Positions 50,473-60,838 of a stretch of DNA of 64,000 nucleotides are shown here, one piece after another. The position numbers were made by a program, and so were the translations under genes. The DNA is taken from the IMG/VR virus record IMGVR_UViG_3300042516_005475, positions 166,048 to 230,047 of that record; one strand, written 5' to 3'. Position 1 is the first letter of the stretch. Each line of letters begins with the position of its first letter. The notes under the pieces were generated by a model. That model was not told the DNA's origin and searched no databases. It worked only from the letters and a program-made list of their open reading frames with translations.

Positions 50473-51861
50473 TTAGGCTGTTGTTGAGTAACCAGCGGCA
50501 CCTAAACCAGATCTTGATGTCCCAATTTGGGTTGCAGAATCAGTAGCTATTACCCCTAAATTAGATACAAGATTTGTAATACTAACAGTTGAACCAGAGG
50601 AGTTTTCCCCATATCCAAAAATAGCCTTATCCCCACCATAGCTAGCAGCTGCAAGTCCATACCTAGCGGTACCTACCCCTGTTGTATTCGTTGCAATTAC
50701 CCCTGTATTAGATACTAGATTAGAAACACTAACAACTCCACCCTGTTGACTATTAGTAGTACCAAAACCAAAAATAGCCTTATCAGTGCTATACTTCGCA
50801 GCTCCAAGGTGAGTTCTCGCTGTTCCAACCCCTGTTGTATCAGTAGATACTACCCCTGTGTTAGATACTAGATTTGACATACTAACAGTTACAGAAAAGC
50901 TTGTAGACCCGTAAGCAAAAATAGCTTTATCAGTACCGTAACCTGTTCCTGCTAATCCGTATCTTGCTGTTCCGACCCCTGTTGTATCAGTAGATACTAC
51001 CCCAGTGTTTGATACGAGGTTAGTTATAGCAGTTGAAACAAAAGAGTCTGAAAAACCATAACCAAATATAGCTTTATCTGTACCATAACTACAAGCCCGA
51101 GTGTTTTCTCTACTTGTACCTACTCCTGTTACATCAGTAGATACTACACCAGTGTTTGAGACGAGGTTAGTCATAGATAAAATGGTATTATTATAACCGT
51201 ATCCAAATATTCCTTTATCTATACCATAAGTAGCTGCACCAAGTGTGCTTCTAGCAGTACCAACTCCCGTTACATTACTAGCAACGACTCCTGAGCTGGA
51301 TACTAAATTTTTTAAAGATAAGTAAGAACCACCACCATCACTTCCATAGGCAAATATCGCCTTTTGTGTAGGCGTACTAGCAGCGCCTGACGGTGTTGGA
51401 GTTGGTGTAACTGTAGAGGTTGGAGTAACAGTATTGGTTGGAGTAACTGTAATGGTTGGTGTAACTGTTGGTGTTACAGAGTTAGTCGGTGTAACTGTAA
51501 TGGTTGGTGTAACTGTTGGTGTTACAGAGTTAGTCGGTGTAACTGTGATGGTTGGTGTTACCGTAATTGTCGGAGTCGGAGTCGGTGTGATGTTATAACC
51601 AGAAACAATTGTATCACCAGCAGTAGTATTTATTGTAAAAGTATCCCCGTATATGAAAGCTGTATTTGAATAATTAAAACCTATTACCCCTTGATTTGGA
51701 CTTAAAGCGGTTGGGTCCCACCCGTCAATTAAACCATAAACTTTATTTGTATAAGCTGTAACACCACCTATAGTAACAAAAGAATTAAACGGTATAAATG
51801 TGTCTGTGTAGCAGAACACATAATTATATCTCGGATCTTTGAATACTAAATTCGCAGCCAT
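50473..51861 (-). CDS. putative fibre/adhesin: Thr-Pro linker plus Kelch-like beta-propeller
   Basis: TPTxTV repeats; ~6 repeats of DKAIFGYG...TNLVSNTGVV.TD.TGVGTAR; TATTTA 51867-51872. Confidence 0.7.
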   Translation of the reverse strand: MAANLVFKDPRYNYVFCYTDTFIPFNSFVTIGGVTAYTNKVYGLIDGWDPTALSPNQGVIGFNYSNTAFIYGDTFTINTTAGDTIVSGYNITPTPTPTITVTPTITVTPTNSVTPTVTPTITVTPTNSVTPTVTPTITVTPTNTVTPTSTVTPTPTPSGAASTPTQKAIFAYGSDGGGSYLSLKNLVSSSGVVASNVTGVGTARSTLGAATYGIDKGIFGYGYNNTILSMTNLVSNTGVVSTDVTGVGTSRENTRACSYGTDKAIFGYGFSDSFVSTAITNLVSNTGVVSTDTTGVGTARYGLAGTGYGTDKAIFAYGSTSFSVTVSMSNLVSNTGVVSTDTTGVGTARTHLGAAKYSTDKAIFGFGTTNSQQGGVVSVSNLVSNTGVIATNTTGVGTARYGLAAASYGGDKAIFGYGENSSGSTVSITNLVSNLGVIATDSATQIGTSRSGLGAAGYSTTA

Positions 51862-51888
51862 GTAGTTATTTATGGTTCGTAAGATTTA

Positions 51889-54165
51889 TTAACTCAAGGA
51901 GTATCCAGCTGCTGCTAAAGCATATCTTACAGTACCAACACCAGTTGTATCAGTTGCAACCACACCAGTGTTTGAAACTAAGTTAGTAATAGAAACAAAA
52001 ACATAACTACTACTGAAACCGTAACCAAATATTGCCTTATCTCCTCCATATCCAGCTGCTGCTAAGCCGTATCTAGCAGTACCAACACCAGTTGTATCAG
52101 TTGCAACTGTTCCAGTATTATTTACCAAATTAGTCATAGAAAAACTTGAAAACAGTTGACCACCATACCCAAATATTGCTTTATCAGTTCCATAACTAGC
52201 TGCAGCTAGACCTTCTCTAGAAGTCCCTACACCCTCAGTATTACCAGCAAAAACTCCAGTGTTAGATACTAAATTAGTCACTGATCCTAGAGTACTCATA
52301 GCATTATCTACACCATACCCAAATATAGCTTTATCTGTGCCGTAACTAGCAGCAGCTAAGTTAGCTCTTGATGTACCAGCCACTTGAACATCATTAGCAA
52401 CAATACCCGCATTTGAAACTAAATTACTATAGGATAAACCAAAATCAGCCGTACCATAAGCAAATACAGCTTTATCAGTACCATATGTAGCAGCAGCTCT
52501 ACCTATTCTACTAGTTCCAACACCTGTTGTATCAGCTGCAACTACGCCTGTATTACTTACCAAATTTGTCATAGATACAGCAACACTAGTTTTACCATAA
52601 CCAAAAATAGCTTTATCAGTACCATATCCAGCAGCAGCTAAGTAAGATCTTGATGTTCCAACACCTGTTGTATCAGCTGCAACCACGCCTGTATTAGACA
52701 CAAGATTAGTAATAGAAGTATTACCTCCATCCCCTTCACCAAACCCAAAAATTGCTCTTTGAGTGCCTGCAGCTGCCGCTGCAGATGGTGTAGGTGTTGG
52801 TGTAACTGTGTTGGTTGGTGTAACTGTAATTGTTGGTGTAACTGTGTTAGTTGGTGTAACAGTTGGTGTAACAGAGTTGGTCGGGGTAACAGTATTGGTT
52901 GGTGTTACTGTAACTGTTGGTGTAACTGTGTTAGTTGGTGTAACAGTTGGTGTAACAGAGTTGGTCGGGGTAACAGAGTTGGTAGGTGTTACTGTTGGTG
53001 TAACTGTTGGAGTAACAGAGTTGGTAGGAGTAACAGAGTTGGTAGGTGTAACAGAGTTGGTAGGTGTAACAGTAGGGGTTACAGTTTTGGTTGGTGTAAC
53101 AGTAGGGGTTACAGTTTTGGTTGGTGTAACAGTAGGGGTTACAGTTTTGGTTGGTGTAACAGTAGGGGTTACAGTAGGGGTAACTGCAGGTACAGGTTCA
53201 GAAAAATCTAAAACCAATGATACCATTCTTGGGGATACCTGAATAGCACTAATTGCATTACCGTAAGCATCATAACCGTTAACAACAACAGTGGAAAGAG
53301 CTGGAAAGTTAACATCATCGTTATATAATGGAACGTAATTACCTATTTGAGATAACTGAATTGGTAATGGAGCAGAGTAATCTAATACTGTAGCAGGATC
53401 AATGTTGTAAACTAATGAGGCTGTTCTTGGAAATACTTGTACAGCAGATAGCGCATTACCGTATGCATCATAACCATTAACAACAACTGTAGAAAGAGCT
53501 GGGTAAGTAACATTCCCAGCATACAGCTGAGCATAATTTGTTACCTGCTGTAATTGGATTGGATTTGCAGCAGTTTGGTTCCATGTTAAAGTTGATAAGG
53601 ATTTAACAAGTTGCAATTGTCTAGGAAATATTTGTACTGCGCTTATGGCAGTACCATAAGCATTGTAACCATTTACTACAATGCAACTCAAAGGATCAAT
53701 GCCATTTGTAACCTGTACATAATTAGTTACCTGAGATAATTGTATGGGACTAGGCATTGTTACGTTTAAAGCAGATACCACCTCAGTTACAAGACTAATG
53801 GTTCGAGGGAATATTTGTACATGTGCAATTTGATTGCCATAGGCATTGTAACCTTCTACAATAGTTGTTGATAGTGCAGGAAATGTCGCATCATTATTAT
53901 ACAAAGGAATATAGTTAGTTACTTGAGACAGCTGTATGGGGTTTGGTATGGTAGGGTTGGTTGCAACATCGTTTGCGTACCTTACTAATTTTACAGTTCT
54001 AGGGAATACTTGAACAGCAGATAAGGCGTTACCGTATGCATCATAACCATTAACAACGATGGTGCTAAGAGGAGGGAAAGCTGGATCGTTAATCACTACA
54101 TAATTTGTCACCTGTGACAATTGAATGGGTAGTGGTTCGTTAAGATTAAGATCTGTTAAAAGCAT
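51889..54165 (-). CDS. putative fibre/adhesin: N-terminal repeats, Thr-Pro linker, Kelch-like propeller
   Basis: ~4 PIQLSQVTNY...VVNGYDAYGNA.SAVQVFPR repeats; VTPTNS tract; DKAIFGYG repeats; start moved to 54165. Confidence 0.7.
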   Translation of the reverse strand: MLLTDLNLNEPLPIQLSQVTNYVVINDPAFPPLSTIVVNGYDAYGNALSAVQVFPRTVKLVRYANDVATNPTIPNPIQLSQVTNYIPLYNNDATFPALSTTIVEGYNAYGNQIAHVQIFPRTISLVTEVVSALNVTMPSPIQLSQVTNYVQVTNGIDPLSCIVVNGYNAYGTAISAVQIFPRQLQLVKSLSTLTWNQTAANPIQLQQVTNYAQLYAGNVTYPALSTVVVNGYDAYGNALSAVQVFPRTASLVYNIDPATVLDYSAPLPIQLSQIGNYVPLYNDDVNFPALSTVVVNGYDAYGNAISAIQVSPRMVSLVLDFSEPVPAVTPTVTPTVTPTKTVTPTVTPTKTVTPTVTPTKTVTPTVTPTNSVTPTNSVTPTNSVTPTVTPTVTPTNSVTPTNSVTPTVTPTNTVTPTVTVTPTNTVTPTNSVTPTVTPTNTVTPTITVTPTNTVTPTPTPSAAAAAGTQRAIFGFGEGDGGNTSITNLVSNTGVVAADTTGVGTSRSYLAAAGYGTDKAIFGYGKTSVAVSMTNLVSNTGVVAADTTGVGTSRIGRAAATYGTDKAVFAYGTADFGLSYSNLVSNAGIVANDVQVAGTSRANLAAASYGTDKAIFGYGVDNAMSTLGSVTNLVSNTGVFAGNTEGVGTSREGLAAASYGTDKAIFGYGGQLFSSFSMTNLVNNTGTVATDTTGVGTARYGLAAAGYGGDKAIFGYGFSSSYVFVSITNLVSNTGVVATDTTGVGTVRYALAAAGYSLS
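52790..53190. repeat. Thr-Pro (mucin-like) coding repeat; shorter copy at ~51374-51590
   Basis: GGTGTAAC(A/T)G-based 12/18/30-nt units encoding TPTV, TPTNS, TPTKT. Confidence 0.85.
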
Positions 54166-54210
54166 ACAGTTACATATATTTATCGTAGAGGAGAATAAAT
54201 AATTAAGCAT

Positions 54211-55134
54211 ATGAACAGCATTTTCGATGAGTATTACGAAACTTTAATCAAAGAGGCTATTGGTTTGAATGAAATGCCAGTAAGCCGCATTGCCTCTGAT
54301 TTAACATCTTTTAAGCCAAGCAAAGAGCTTGGCTCATATTCAATTACAGATATAACAGGTGAGGATGAAGAAAAAATTAAACAGGTACTTGTTAAGGTTG
54401 GTGAATATGTAATTGACAATCTTAAAGAACCATCTTCTGCTTCAAGAAAAGAGTATCAAGATGTAGTCGCTGAATTTATTAGAAAGGCTATTAATGACGT
54501 ATTCCCCGATTCCAAAAAGGCTTCAGGAGGCAAGCCTTTTACTGCCAGAGATTACTATGCTGCAAGAGCTATTATCAAGGCTTTCGAAGACCAGAATATT
54601 ATTAACACCAATGATACTGGTGGTAAGATTGAAAAAGGCTCTGTTGAAAAAGATGAGCTACCTCAAACAGTAGCTGACATTACTCAGGACGTTTCAAATG
54701 AAGTAGAGGCTAAGGTACAAGATGATTTGGATGATACCAAGGAAAAGCAAGAAGAGACTCAAGTAGAAGTTGGTGAGATAGGTTTAGTCAAAGGTGATAA
54801 GTTTGAACCAACAGCAGTATATTCTGTTGATGAGACATCTGATAAAGAAAATCTAAGCCCATTAGAGAAGTATGCTCTTGATTATGTTGAACCTGAAACA
54901 AGTGGCATTGATATTGTAAAGATGCTTAAAAACTCAATTAAGCTCAGAAACAAAGAAAACGAAATCAGAGATCTATTAGATTCTCTTGTGAAGAAAGGTA
55001 TTTTAGCCAAGACTGGTGATGATGAAGATTCTGGCAGAGGAGTTTCAAAGACTGGAGATGATTCAGTTGAGGATATATTAAAGGGCATGGGGCCAAGAGA
55101 GAATCCCGAAACTGGAGTTCTAGGCGATTTATAA
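54211..55134 (+). CDS. acidic late protein, putative internal head protein
   Basis: TAAATA 54196-54201; ...YETLIKE leader; D/E-rich. Confidence 0.55.
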   Translation: MNSIFDEYYETLIKEAIGLNEMPVSRIASDLTSFKPSKELGSYSITDITGEDEEKIKQVLVKVGEYVIDNLKEPSSASRKEYQDVVAEFIRKAINDVFPDSKKASGGKPFTARDYYAARAIIKAFEDQNIINTNDTGGKIEKGSVEKDELPQTVADITQDVSNEVEAKVQDDLDDTKEKQEETQVEVGEIGLVKGDKFEPTAVYSVDETSDKENLSPLEKYALDYVEPETSGIDIVKMLKNSIKLRNKENEIRDLLDSLVKKGILAKTGDDEDSGRGVSKTGDDSVEDILKGMGPRENPETGVLGDL

Positions 55135-55356
55135 TAACTACTTGGTAATGGATATCAATAAAAAAATTGATGCTTATCTAAAAGAGGGTAGGCCAGTTGA
55201 TGCAGACTTTATAATTGAAATTTATAAACACGCAAAAACAACCTACCCTGAAAAGGAGTTCAAGGATATTCAGAAAGATTTAAAAGTTTTAGTTAAACTG
55301 TTGAAAAAGAGCGGGACTGATAATACAATTGTTAAAATTAAAAAGTCCCGCTTAAA

Positions 55357-55806
55357 ATGAACGATGAATTAAATCTTACCTGGGCTGATGTTGAACAGGG
55401 TGTAAACATTATTATTAATAGAATCGGTAACAAGAAATATGACTATGTTGTTGGAATTGCAAATGGCGGTCTTATTCCTGCTACATTAATTGCCAAAAGA
55501 CTTAAGCTAAAGACCATGTCAGTTGGATTAGAGTCTTACGAAAATAAAGACTTTAAGAATGTTACTCTCTGGTCTGAAATTAATAAGAGGTTGTATATTT
55601 TACAACAACAAGGCTTATGTTTACTTGTTGACGACATAAGCGACTCTGGCAAATCTTTTAACTATATCAAGAATGCCTACTTGAAAAAAGAAGAAATTAT
55701 TTGCGATACTGCATCTTTAGTTGTAAAGCCAAAGACAACATTCATGCCTGATTATTTTGCAATGAGTGTGCATACTGACACTTGGGTTAAGTTTCCTTGG
55801 GAATAA
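55357..55806 (+). CDS. purine phosphoribosyltransferase (Gpt/Hpt-like)
   Basis: VVGIANGGLIPA, LLVDDISDSGKS, DTWVKFPWE. Confidence 0.88.
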   Translation: MNDELNLTWADVEQGVNIIINRIGNKKYDYVVGIANGGLIPATLIAKRLKLKTMSVGLESYENKDFKNVTLWSEINKRLYILQQQGLCLLVDDISDSGKSFNYIKNAYLKKEEIICDTASLVVKPKTTFMPDYFAMSVHTDTWVKFPWE

Positions 55807-55807
55807 T

Positions 55808-56317
55808 ATGGCCTCACAGAAAGATATTGACAAGGCATACTTGCGTATGTGTGTAGAGTGGGCTAGACTATCTACAGCTCGTCGACGCAAGGTTGGCTGT
55901 CTAATTGTTAAAAGTGGCCAGATAATCTCTGATGGTTATAATGGTACTCCTAAAGGGTTTGATAACAATTGTGAAGAAGAAGTTAATGGAGAGCTAGTAA
56001 CAAAATCAATTGTTCTTCATGCGGAGAGTAACGCCATTACTAAACTAGCTAAATCTAATAATTCTTCTGATGGTGCCACCTTATATGTTACTTGCTCTCC
56101 GTGCTTTGAATGTAGTAAGCTTATTATCCAGGCTGGTATAAAGAGAGTAGTACATTGCCACTTTTATCGAAATACAAGTGGCTTAGTGTTGCTTGATCAA
56201 GCTAATATTGAATGGAGTTTTTATGATCTTAGCTCAGAATTCTCTGCTGACCATTTTCAATCGATATTGCATTCTTCTTCTCGTTCACAGGAGGGTAAGC
56301 AGCAGTTGCAGCAGTAG
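55808..56317 (+). CDS. dCMP deaminase
   Basis: GYNGTPKG, LHAESNAI, YVTCSPCFECSKLIIQAGI; start moved to ATG 55808. Confidence 0.92.
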   Translation: MASQKDIDKAYLRMCVEWARLSTARRRKVGCLIVKSGQIISDGYNGTPKGFDNNCEEEVNGELVTKSIVLHAESNAITKLAKSNNSSDGATLYVTCSPCFECSKLIIQAGIKRVVHCHFYRNTSGLVLLDQANIEWSFYDLSSEFSADHFQSILHSSSRSQEGKQQLQQ

Positions 56318-58700
56318 GCATTGTATTCTCTCTGCCTAATGTTCTTACATCATCTGCAGATGCCATTAATGTTAATGGCAGATTTCTGAATTGATGAGAA
56401 TGTCTTCCAACATTAACTGGAATCTTTTCAGTAAAGTAAAGAGTAAAGTTACAAGGATCTCCACCACAGTTTAACACCCCGCGATAGTTAACATTTGGTA
56501 AAACATATCCCTCTAAGAACACTTCTTCAGTTTCCTGAAACTCAATAGGAGCAGTAATATGCTGTACAGTAAGTTCTCCTTCAACGTGAGCACTTCCAGC
56601 TACTACAATATTTTGGGTAATGCCTAGATTACTATCAACTAATACCTGTTTACCTTGAGATTGTCTTAATACTAATATATCGGATGAGATAGATAGTCTC
56701 TTTTTAGCATTAATATTAACTTCATTATTAGAAGCAATGTTAACTTGTTCTCCAGTTAAGTTTGTAATTGACCCAGCTATATCAACTGGACCATAGGATT
56801 TAAGAGCGACCCCACCTGAACCAACAAGTACATTCCATCTGTTACAAACGTTTAAATTATATGTACCACCTGGCAAGTCTTCTACATTAACATACTCCAT
56901 CATAGGAGATTCTTTTTGACTTATATATACACCTTGAGCAGCAACTATAACCTCGTTGTTGGTTATTTTACCGGTGTTATCATATCTAATATTAGGTAAA
57001 TCGTTCATTACTAATCCAATAGTTTCAAGTTTATGTTTAGTAATTTGAATGATCTTGGATCCACCTAACCCCATTTGTTTCTCTAAGGCTGTAATCTCAT
57101 TAATCTTAGATTCAAACTTTAGCTTTAAAGCATCCTTCTTATCTTCTACTGCCCAAATACCATCTTGAGTTGAAGGAGAAATACCTGTACCGTTACATAC
57201 TGGGCATGGACCACTTCCCAAGAAGTTTCTTGGTTGTGCTGGTGGCTGTATTAATTGAGACGGTACATTGTAATTGTAAACAATAATATTCTGACCTAGA
57301 TAACCAGTAGCTCGTCTTACACTAAAGCTAGAGTCGTTAATCATATTATAAGCAGTTGTCCAATTACCACCCATTGGATTAGTTGCTGTAATAATTGCTG
57401 TGCTATTAACTGGTATATAAAGTGAGAATGTTTCTCTTCTGCTCCATATAGCTGGTCTGTTAGCTGCTGAACAAACAGGGCATTTAGCATATGAACCAGA
57501 TTGGTTTTGTAGAGGGGAGGTATATGGGAACAAATTATTATATGAACCTGTTTGATTGCATCTCTGTATTTCAAATAATTGCTTTACTGCTGCAATTTCT
57601 TCAGCAATATCTTTCCATTGTTGAATAGCTGACTTGTTAAAGTTACCTATCTTTTCAAAATGATCACCTCTAATAATCTCATCATGATCTTTTTCAGTGT
57701 ATTCATTCTTATACCCTCGAGTTGTTTCAAAAGAATCTGCTAGTGTTAAATTTTGTTTGTTTTGAGTGTTAAGTTCAATAGTAGCCTGGTTGTTCATTTC
57801 TCTATATGAACCATTATAGGCTGTCATTCTTATAGCCTCTTTATTGTCAGTATTAACTACTTCTATAGTACCACCCTTTTGGTTTAGCACCATTTTACCT
57901 CTATAGGTTTCAGTATCTGGAGTATAACCCTGAGTATCAGCTGGATTAACATTGTTGTAATCTCCTGGATAGTCTACTGGGTAAGTTTCTAGATTGCCTT
58001 GATAAACACCTAACCAATCCTGAGTACCGTAGTGAGCTGCGAATACAACTGGGTAATTAGCATCACCTTCTCTAAAGAATACCCAAACGTGAGCTCCAAC
58101 ATCAGGAATAGCAAATTGACCTTTAGTACAATTTGAATAGGTGTGTGGTTTATATAAATGAGTATATGGATTGACTCTATTAGGGTTACCTGTAGATATT
58201 ACTCCTGTGTTTGTATTATATGTTTTGCTAAAGGCATCTGATGGTTGTAATTCGTTAATTTCATATATTCTGCCATACTTCTCTCCAGTACCATCAACGT
58301 TAAGAGAGTATTTTGAATTAGCAGATAAAGTTGGTATAGATGTATCAACTCTGTTAGAATCTGATATAGAAGCTTTACTATCCCAATTATAATACTTGCC
58401 AGATGCACCACCGCTAACAACTGGCAAGGCTACTTCAGCCCAAGGTAATAACCTTTTAATTTCCTCATTAACTGAGGTTAGAGAAGATTCAATGTTGTTA
58501 CCCATGAATCTAAAATTCTTATCTGTATTCTCTTGCTTGAAGCTGCTATAAACAGTTTGAGAGATATGAGGCACCCATACCTTTACTCTGCCTCTTTTTT
58601 GAGGATCATTGTTCTGAACAACAATGCCGAGATAATGACCGTAATAATACGGTAGTTGTTTTCTACTGGGGCTACCTTCTAATGCGTTAGAATATCTCAT
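56229..58700 (-). CDS. baseplate hub/spike protein (T4 gp5/VgrG-like)
   Basis: GIVVQNNDPQKRGRVKVWVP, IPDVGAHVWVFFREGDANYPV OB fold; beta-helix repeats; CPVC Zn-finger insert. Confidence 0.75.
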   Translation of the reverse strand: MRYSNALEGSPSRKQLPYYYGHYLGIVVQNNDPQKRGRVKVWVPHISQTVYSSFKQENTDKNFRFMGNNIESSLTSVNEEIKRLLPWAEVALPVVSGGASGKYYNWDSKASISDSNRVDTSIPTLSANSKYSLNVDGTGEKYGRIYEINELQPSDAFSKTYNTNTGVISTGNPNRVNPYTHLYKPHTYSNCTKGQFAIPDVGAHVWVFFREGDANYPVVFAAHYGTQDWLGVYQGNLETYPVDYPGDYNNVNPADTQGYTPDTETYRGKMVLNQKGGTIEVVNTDNKEAIRMTAYNGSYREMNNQATIELNTQNKQNLTLADSFETTRGYKNEYTEKDHDEIIRGDHFEKIGNFNKSAIQQWKDIAEEIAAVKQLFEIQRCNQTGSYNNLFPYTSPLQNQSGSYAKCPVCSAANRPAIWSRRETFSLYIPVNSTAIITATNPMGGNWTTAYNMINDSSFSVRRATGYLGQNIIVYNYNVPSQLIQPPAQPRNFLGSGPCPVCNGTGISPSTQDGIWAVEDKKDALKLKFESKINEITALEKQMGLGGSKIIQITKHKLETIGLVMNDLPNIRYDNTGKITNNEVIVAAQGVYISQKESPMMEYVNVEDLPGGTYNLNVCNRWNVLVGSGGVALKSYGPVDIAGSITNLTGEQVNIASNNEVNINAKKRLSISSDILVLRQSQGKQVLVDSNLGITQNIVVAGSAHVEGELTVQHITAPIEFQETEEVFLEGYVLPNVNYRGVLNCGGDPCNFTLYFTEKIPVNVGRHSHQFRNLPLTLMASADDVRTLGRENTMPTAATAAYPPVNEKKNAISIENGQQRILS

Positions 58701-58705
58701 ATTAA

Positions 58706-59962
58706 TTAACCTTGCTTCGGAACATTGCTATTTATAGCATTTTTAATGTTATTATAGGCTCTTGCTGTACCTGAAGTAACATCAGATACAACACTAGTTG
58801 CTGTATTGCTAGCAGCAGTAGCAACAGTACTTGTAGCTGTATTCACACTCTTATTAACAGTAGAAGGTAAGCCAGTTACAGAATTAAAAAAGTCTTTTGG
58901 TCCTTTAGCAGAGAAACCGCTAGCGGCTTGTACAACTTGATTCTCTAAATTGTTTACAACACTATCAGCAGCAACATTAGCTACCATATCCACAATAGGG
59001 CCACCCTTTGAAAGCTTCTTTTTATTTCTAGGGGATAAGGTATTGCATATCTTATTAATATTACTGTTTACTTCAGATGTTAACTTGGCTGTATAAAAAT
59101 TTGTATTCTTAACATCTTTTATTATATCTAAACTTCCAGTAACAGAAGTCGTTAAAGTCTTTCTTTTAAAATCTAACGTACCCAGCAATGATATTTCTGC
59201 ATTAAGATGCTTGTTAATTTTCTTATTAAGTTCAATAGCACCAGCAGCACCAGCACTTGTTATAACACCATTAACACTCACACCGTTAGGTATACTAGGT
59301 GTTATGCCTCCAAATGGAATGTTTGGAGAGGATATATTACTAAGTAAAGAACTTACAGCACTACGCAAACAATTTTTAATACCTAATCTTAAAGTACCTT
59401 TTATTTGAGTCAAACTACCTCTTACTGCAACAGTAGCAATACCAAATGAGGATTTTGCAAAATTACCTACAGCTCCAACAGCTCCTGTTACACCATTTTG
59501 AATGGTATTACCTGATACTAATCCAGACACAGTTGATTTGGCTCCACCAACTGTAGATACAACTGCCCCTTTTAAGGAAGCTGAACCACCTCTAACAAAC
59601 CCACCTATAGAGCCTCTCACACCATCACCTGAAACAGCTCCACCAATAGCCCCACCCAAAGTGTTGATTGCTACATTATTTAATTTTGTACGAGCAGCAC
59701 CTGAGGCAGCGGTTATGCCATCTTTAACCACCCCATTTGGATTCTTTACTAATGTCTTTACTGAACCAACTAAACCTTTTACATTGGCATTAATCGGAGG
59801 CAAAGGAGGAGCAGCTATGTTTATGCCAGTCTTAGCGTTGAGTTGATCGGTTAAAGACTGTGGAACAGATGTAACTCTTCCAATCTTCTCATCAACAGCG
59901 CTGATAGTCTTAGTAATATTCTTACTAAAATTTACAGGGTTAAACTTTTCTAATGCAGCCAT
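58706..59962 (-). CDS. G/A/S/T-rich structural protein (baseplate/tail module)
   Basis: 418 aa upstream of gp5-like gene; TATTTA 59969-59974. Confidence 0.5.
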   Translation of the reverse strand: MAALEKFNPVNFSKNITKTISAVDEKIGRVTSVPQSLTDQLNAKTGINIAAPPLPPINANVKGLVGSVKTLVKNPNGVVKDGITAASGAARTKLNNVAINTLGGAIGGAVSGDGVRGSIGGFVRGGSASLKGAVVSTVGGAKSTVSGLVSGNTIQNGVTGAVGAVGNFAKSSFGIATVAVRGSLTQIKGTLRLGIKNCLRSAVSSLLSNISSPNIPFGGITPSIPNGVSVNGVITSAGAAGAIELNKKINKHLNAEISLLGTLDFKRKTLTTSVTGSLDIIKDVKNTNFYTAKLTSEVNSNINKICNTLSPRNKKKLSKGGPIVDMVANVAADSVVNNLENQVVQAASGFSAKGPKDFFNSVTGLPSTVNKSVNTATSTVATAASNTATSVVSDVTSGTARAYNNIKNAINSNVPKQG

Positions 59963-60010
59963 TTAAATTATTTATTTGATTCTCTGAGTTTTGACACTAT
60001 AATGACAGAG

Positions 60011-60835
60011 ATGAATATTAAAGTATCTCATGAAGTACCTATTAAGCTCCTTGATTATTCTCGAAACTTTAACGATTATGACTACTGTCTGGTACACCTA
60101 CTGGATCAGAAACCGGAGTATAAGAAATATTATCAGTCTTGTAAACTCTATGACCGAGAATTGCTCTTGGATAATAGTATTTTCGAGCTTGGTAAGGCTT
60201 TCGATTCTGATAAGTTTGCTGAAAAGGTTGTAGAAATTGAACCTACTTATTACATTGTTCCTGACTCTCTGCAGAACTGTGAAGAGACTATTAGCAATTG
60301 GAAGAGTTTCGTTGCTAAGTATAATGACTTGCCTGGACTTAAAATTGGTGTCGTGCAAGGCAATACCTGGCGAGAACTTAAGTATTGCTATCAGTTCATG
60401 AACGAACATGCTGACTATATTGCAATCTCGTTCGATTATGCGTATTATTTGGTTACTGGAGAGTCTCCTACTAATAACAAGCTCGAGCTCTGGTGCTCTG
60501 GACGTCAACGACTCATTCAGCAACTTATGGATAGTGGCATCTGGAATACAAAGAAGCCTCATCACTTGCTTGGTTGTTCATTGGCTAAGGAGTTTAAGGC
60601 CTATATCGGTCAAACATCTATTCGCTCCGTCGATACTTCGAACCCAGTTGTTGCAGCCTTGCATAATCTCAAGTATAACGGTGATCTTGGATTGAAGACT
60701 AAACCGAGTACCAAGTTGGCTGATCTTATTGACTCTGAAGTTAGCAATGAGCAAATGGATCTTGTTGAGTACAATGTTGGAGCCTTTAAGGAGATCCTTG
60801 GGCGTCCCTCTGATAACTTCCTTCGAAAATTTTAA
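60011..60835 (+). CDS. TGT-fold protein, putative 7-deazaguanine-DNA transglycosylase (DpdA-like)
   Basis: LLLDNS.FELG, IVPD, GVVQG, HHLLGCS, SVDTS; context with QueF; ATG 60002 overlaps the -10 box so 60011 preferred. Confidence 0.65.
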   Translation: MNIKVSHEVPIKLLDYSRNFNDYDYCLVHLLDQKPEYKKYYQSCKLYDRELLLDNSIFELGKAFDSDKFAEKVVEIEPTYYIVPDSLQNCEETISNWKSFVAKYNDLPGLKIGVVQGNTWRELKYCYQFMNEHADYIAISFDYAYYLVTGESPTNNKLELWCSGRQRLIQQLMDSGIWNTKKPHHLLGCSLAKEFKAYIGQTSIRSVDTSNPVVAALHNLKYNGDLGLKTKPSTKLADLIDSEVSNEQMDLVEYNVGAFKEILGRPSDNFLRKF

Positions 60836-60838
60836 ACT

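Larger units (their letters stand above)
1663..59974. promoter_or_regulatory. T4-like late promoter core TAAATA (dispersed; span given)
   Basis: + strand 1663, 1881, 6276, 8757, 15361, 20920, 30458, 31778, 40954, 44956, 54196; - strand 32884, 51867, 54177, 59969. Confidence 0.75.

Noticed and set aside
52759-53242. Cys-rich and Val/Gly-rich ORFs on the + strand
   Set aside because: Antisense shadows of the Thr-Pro repeat
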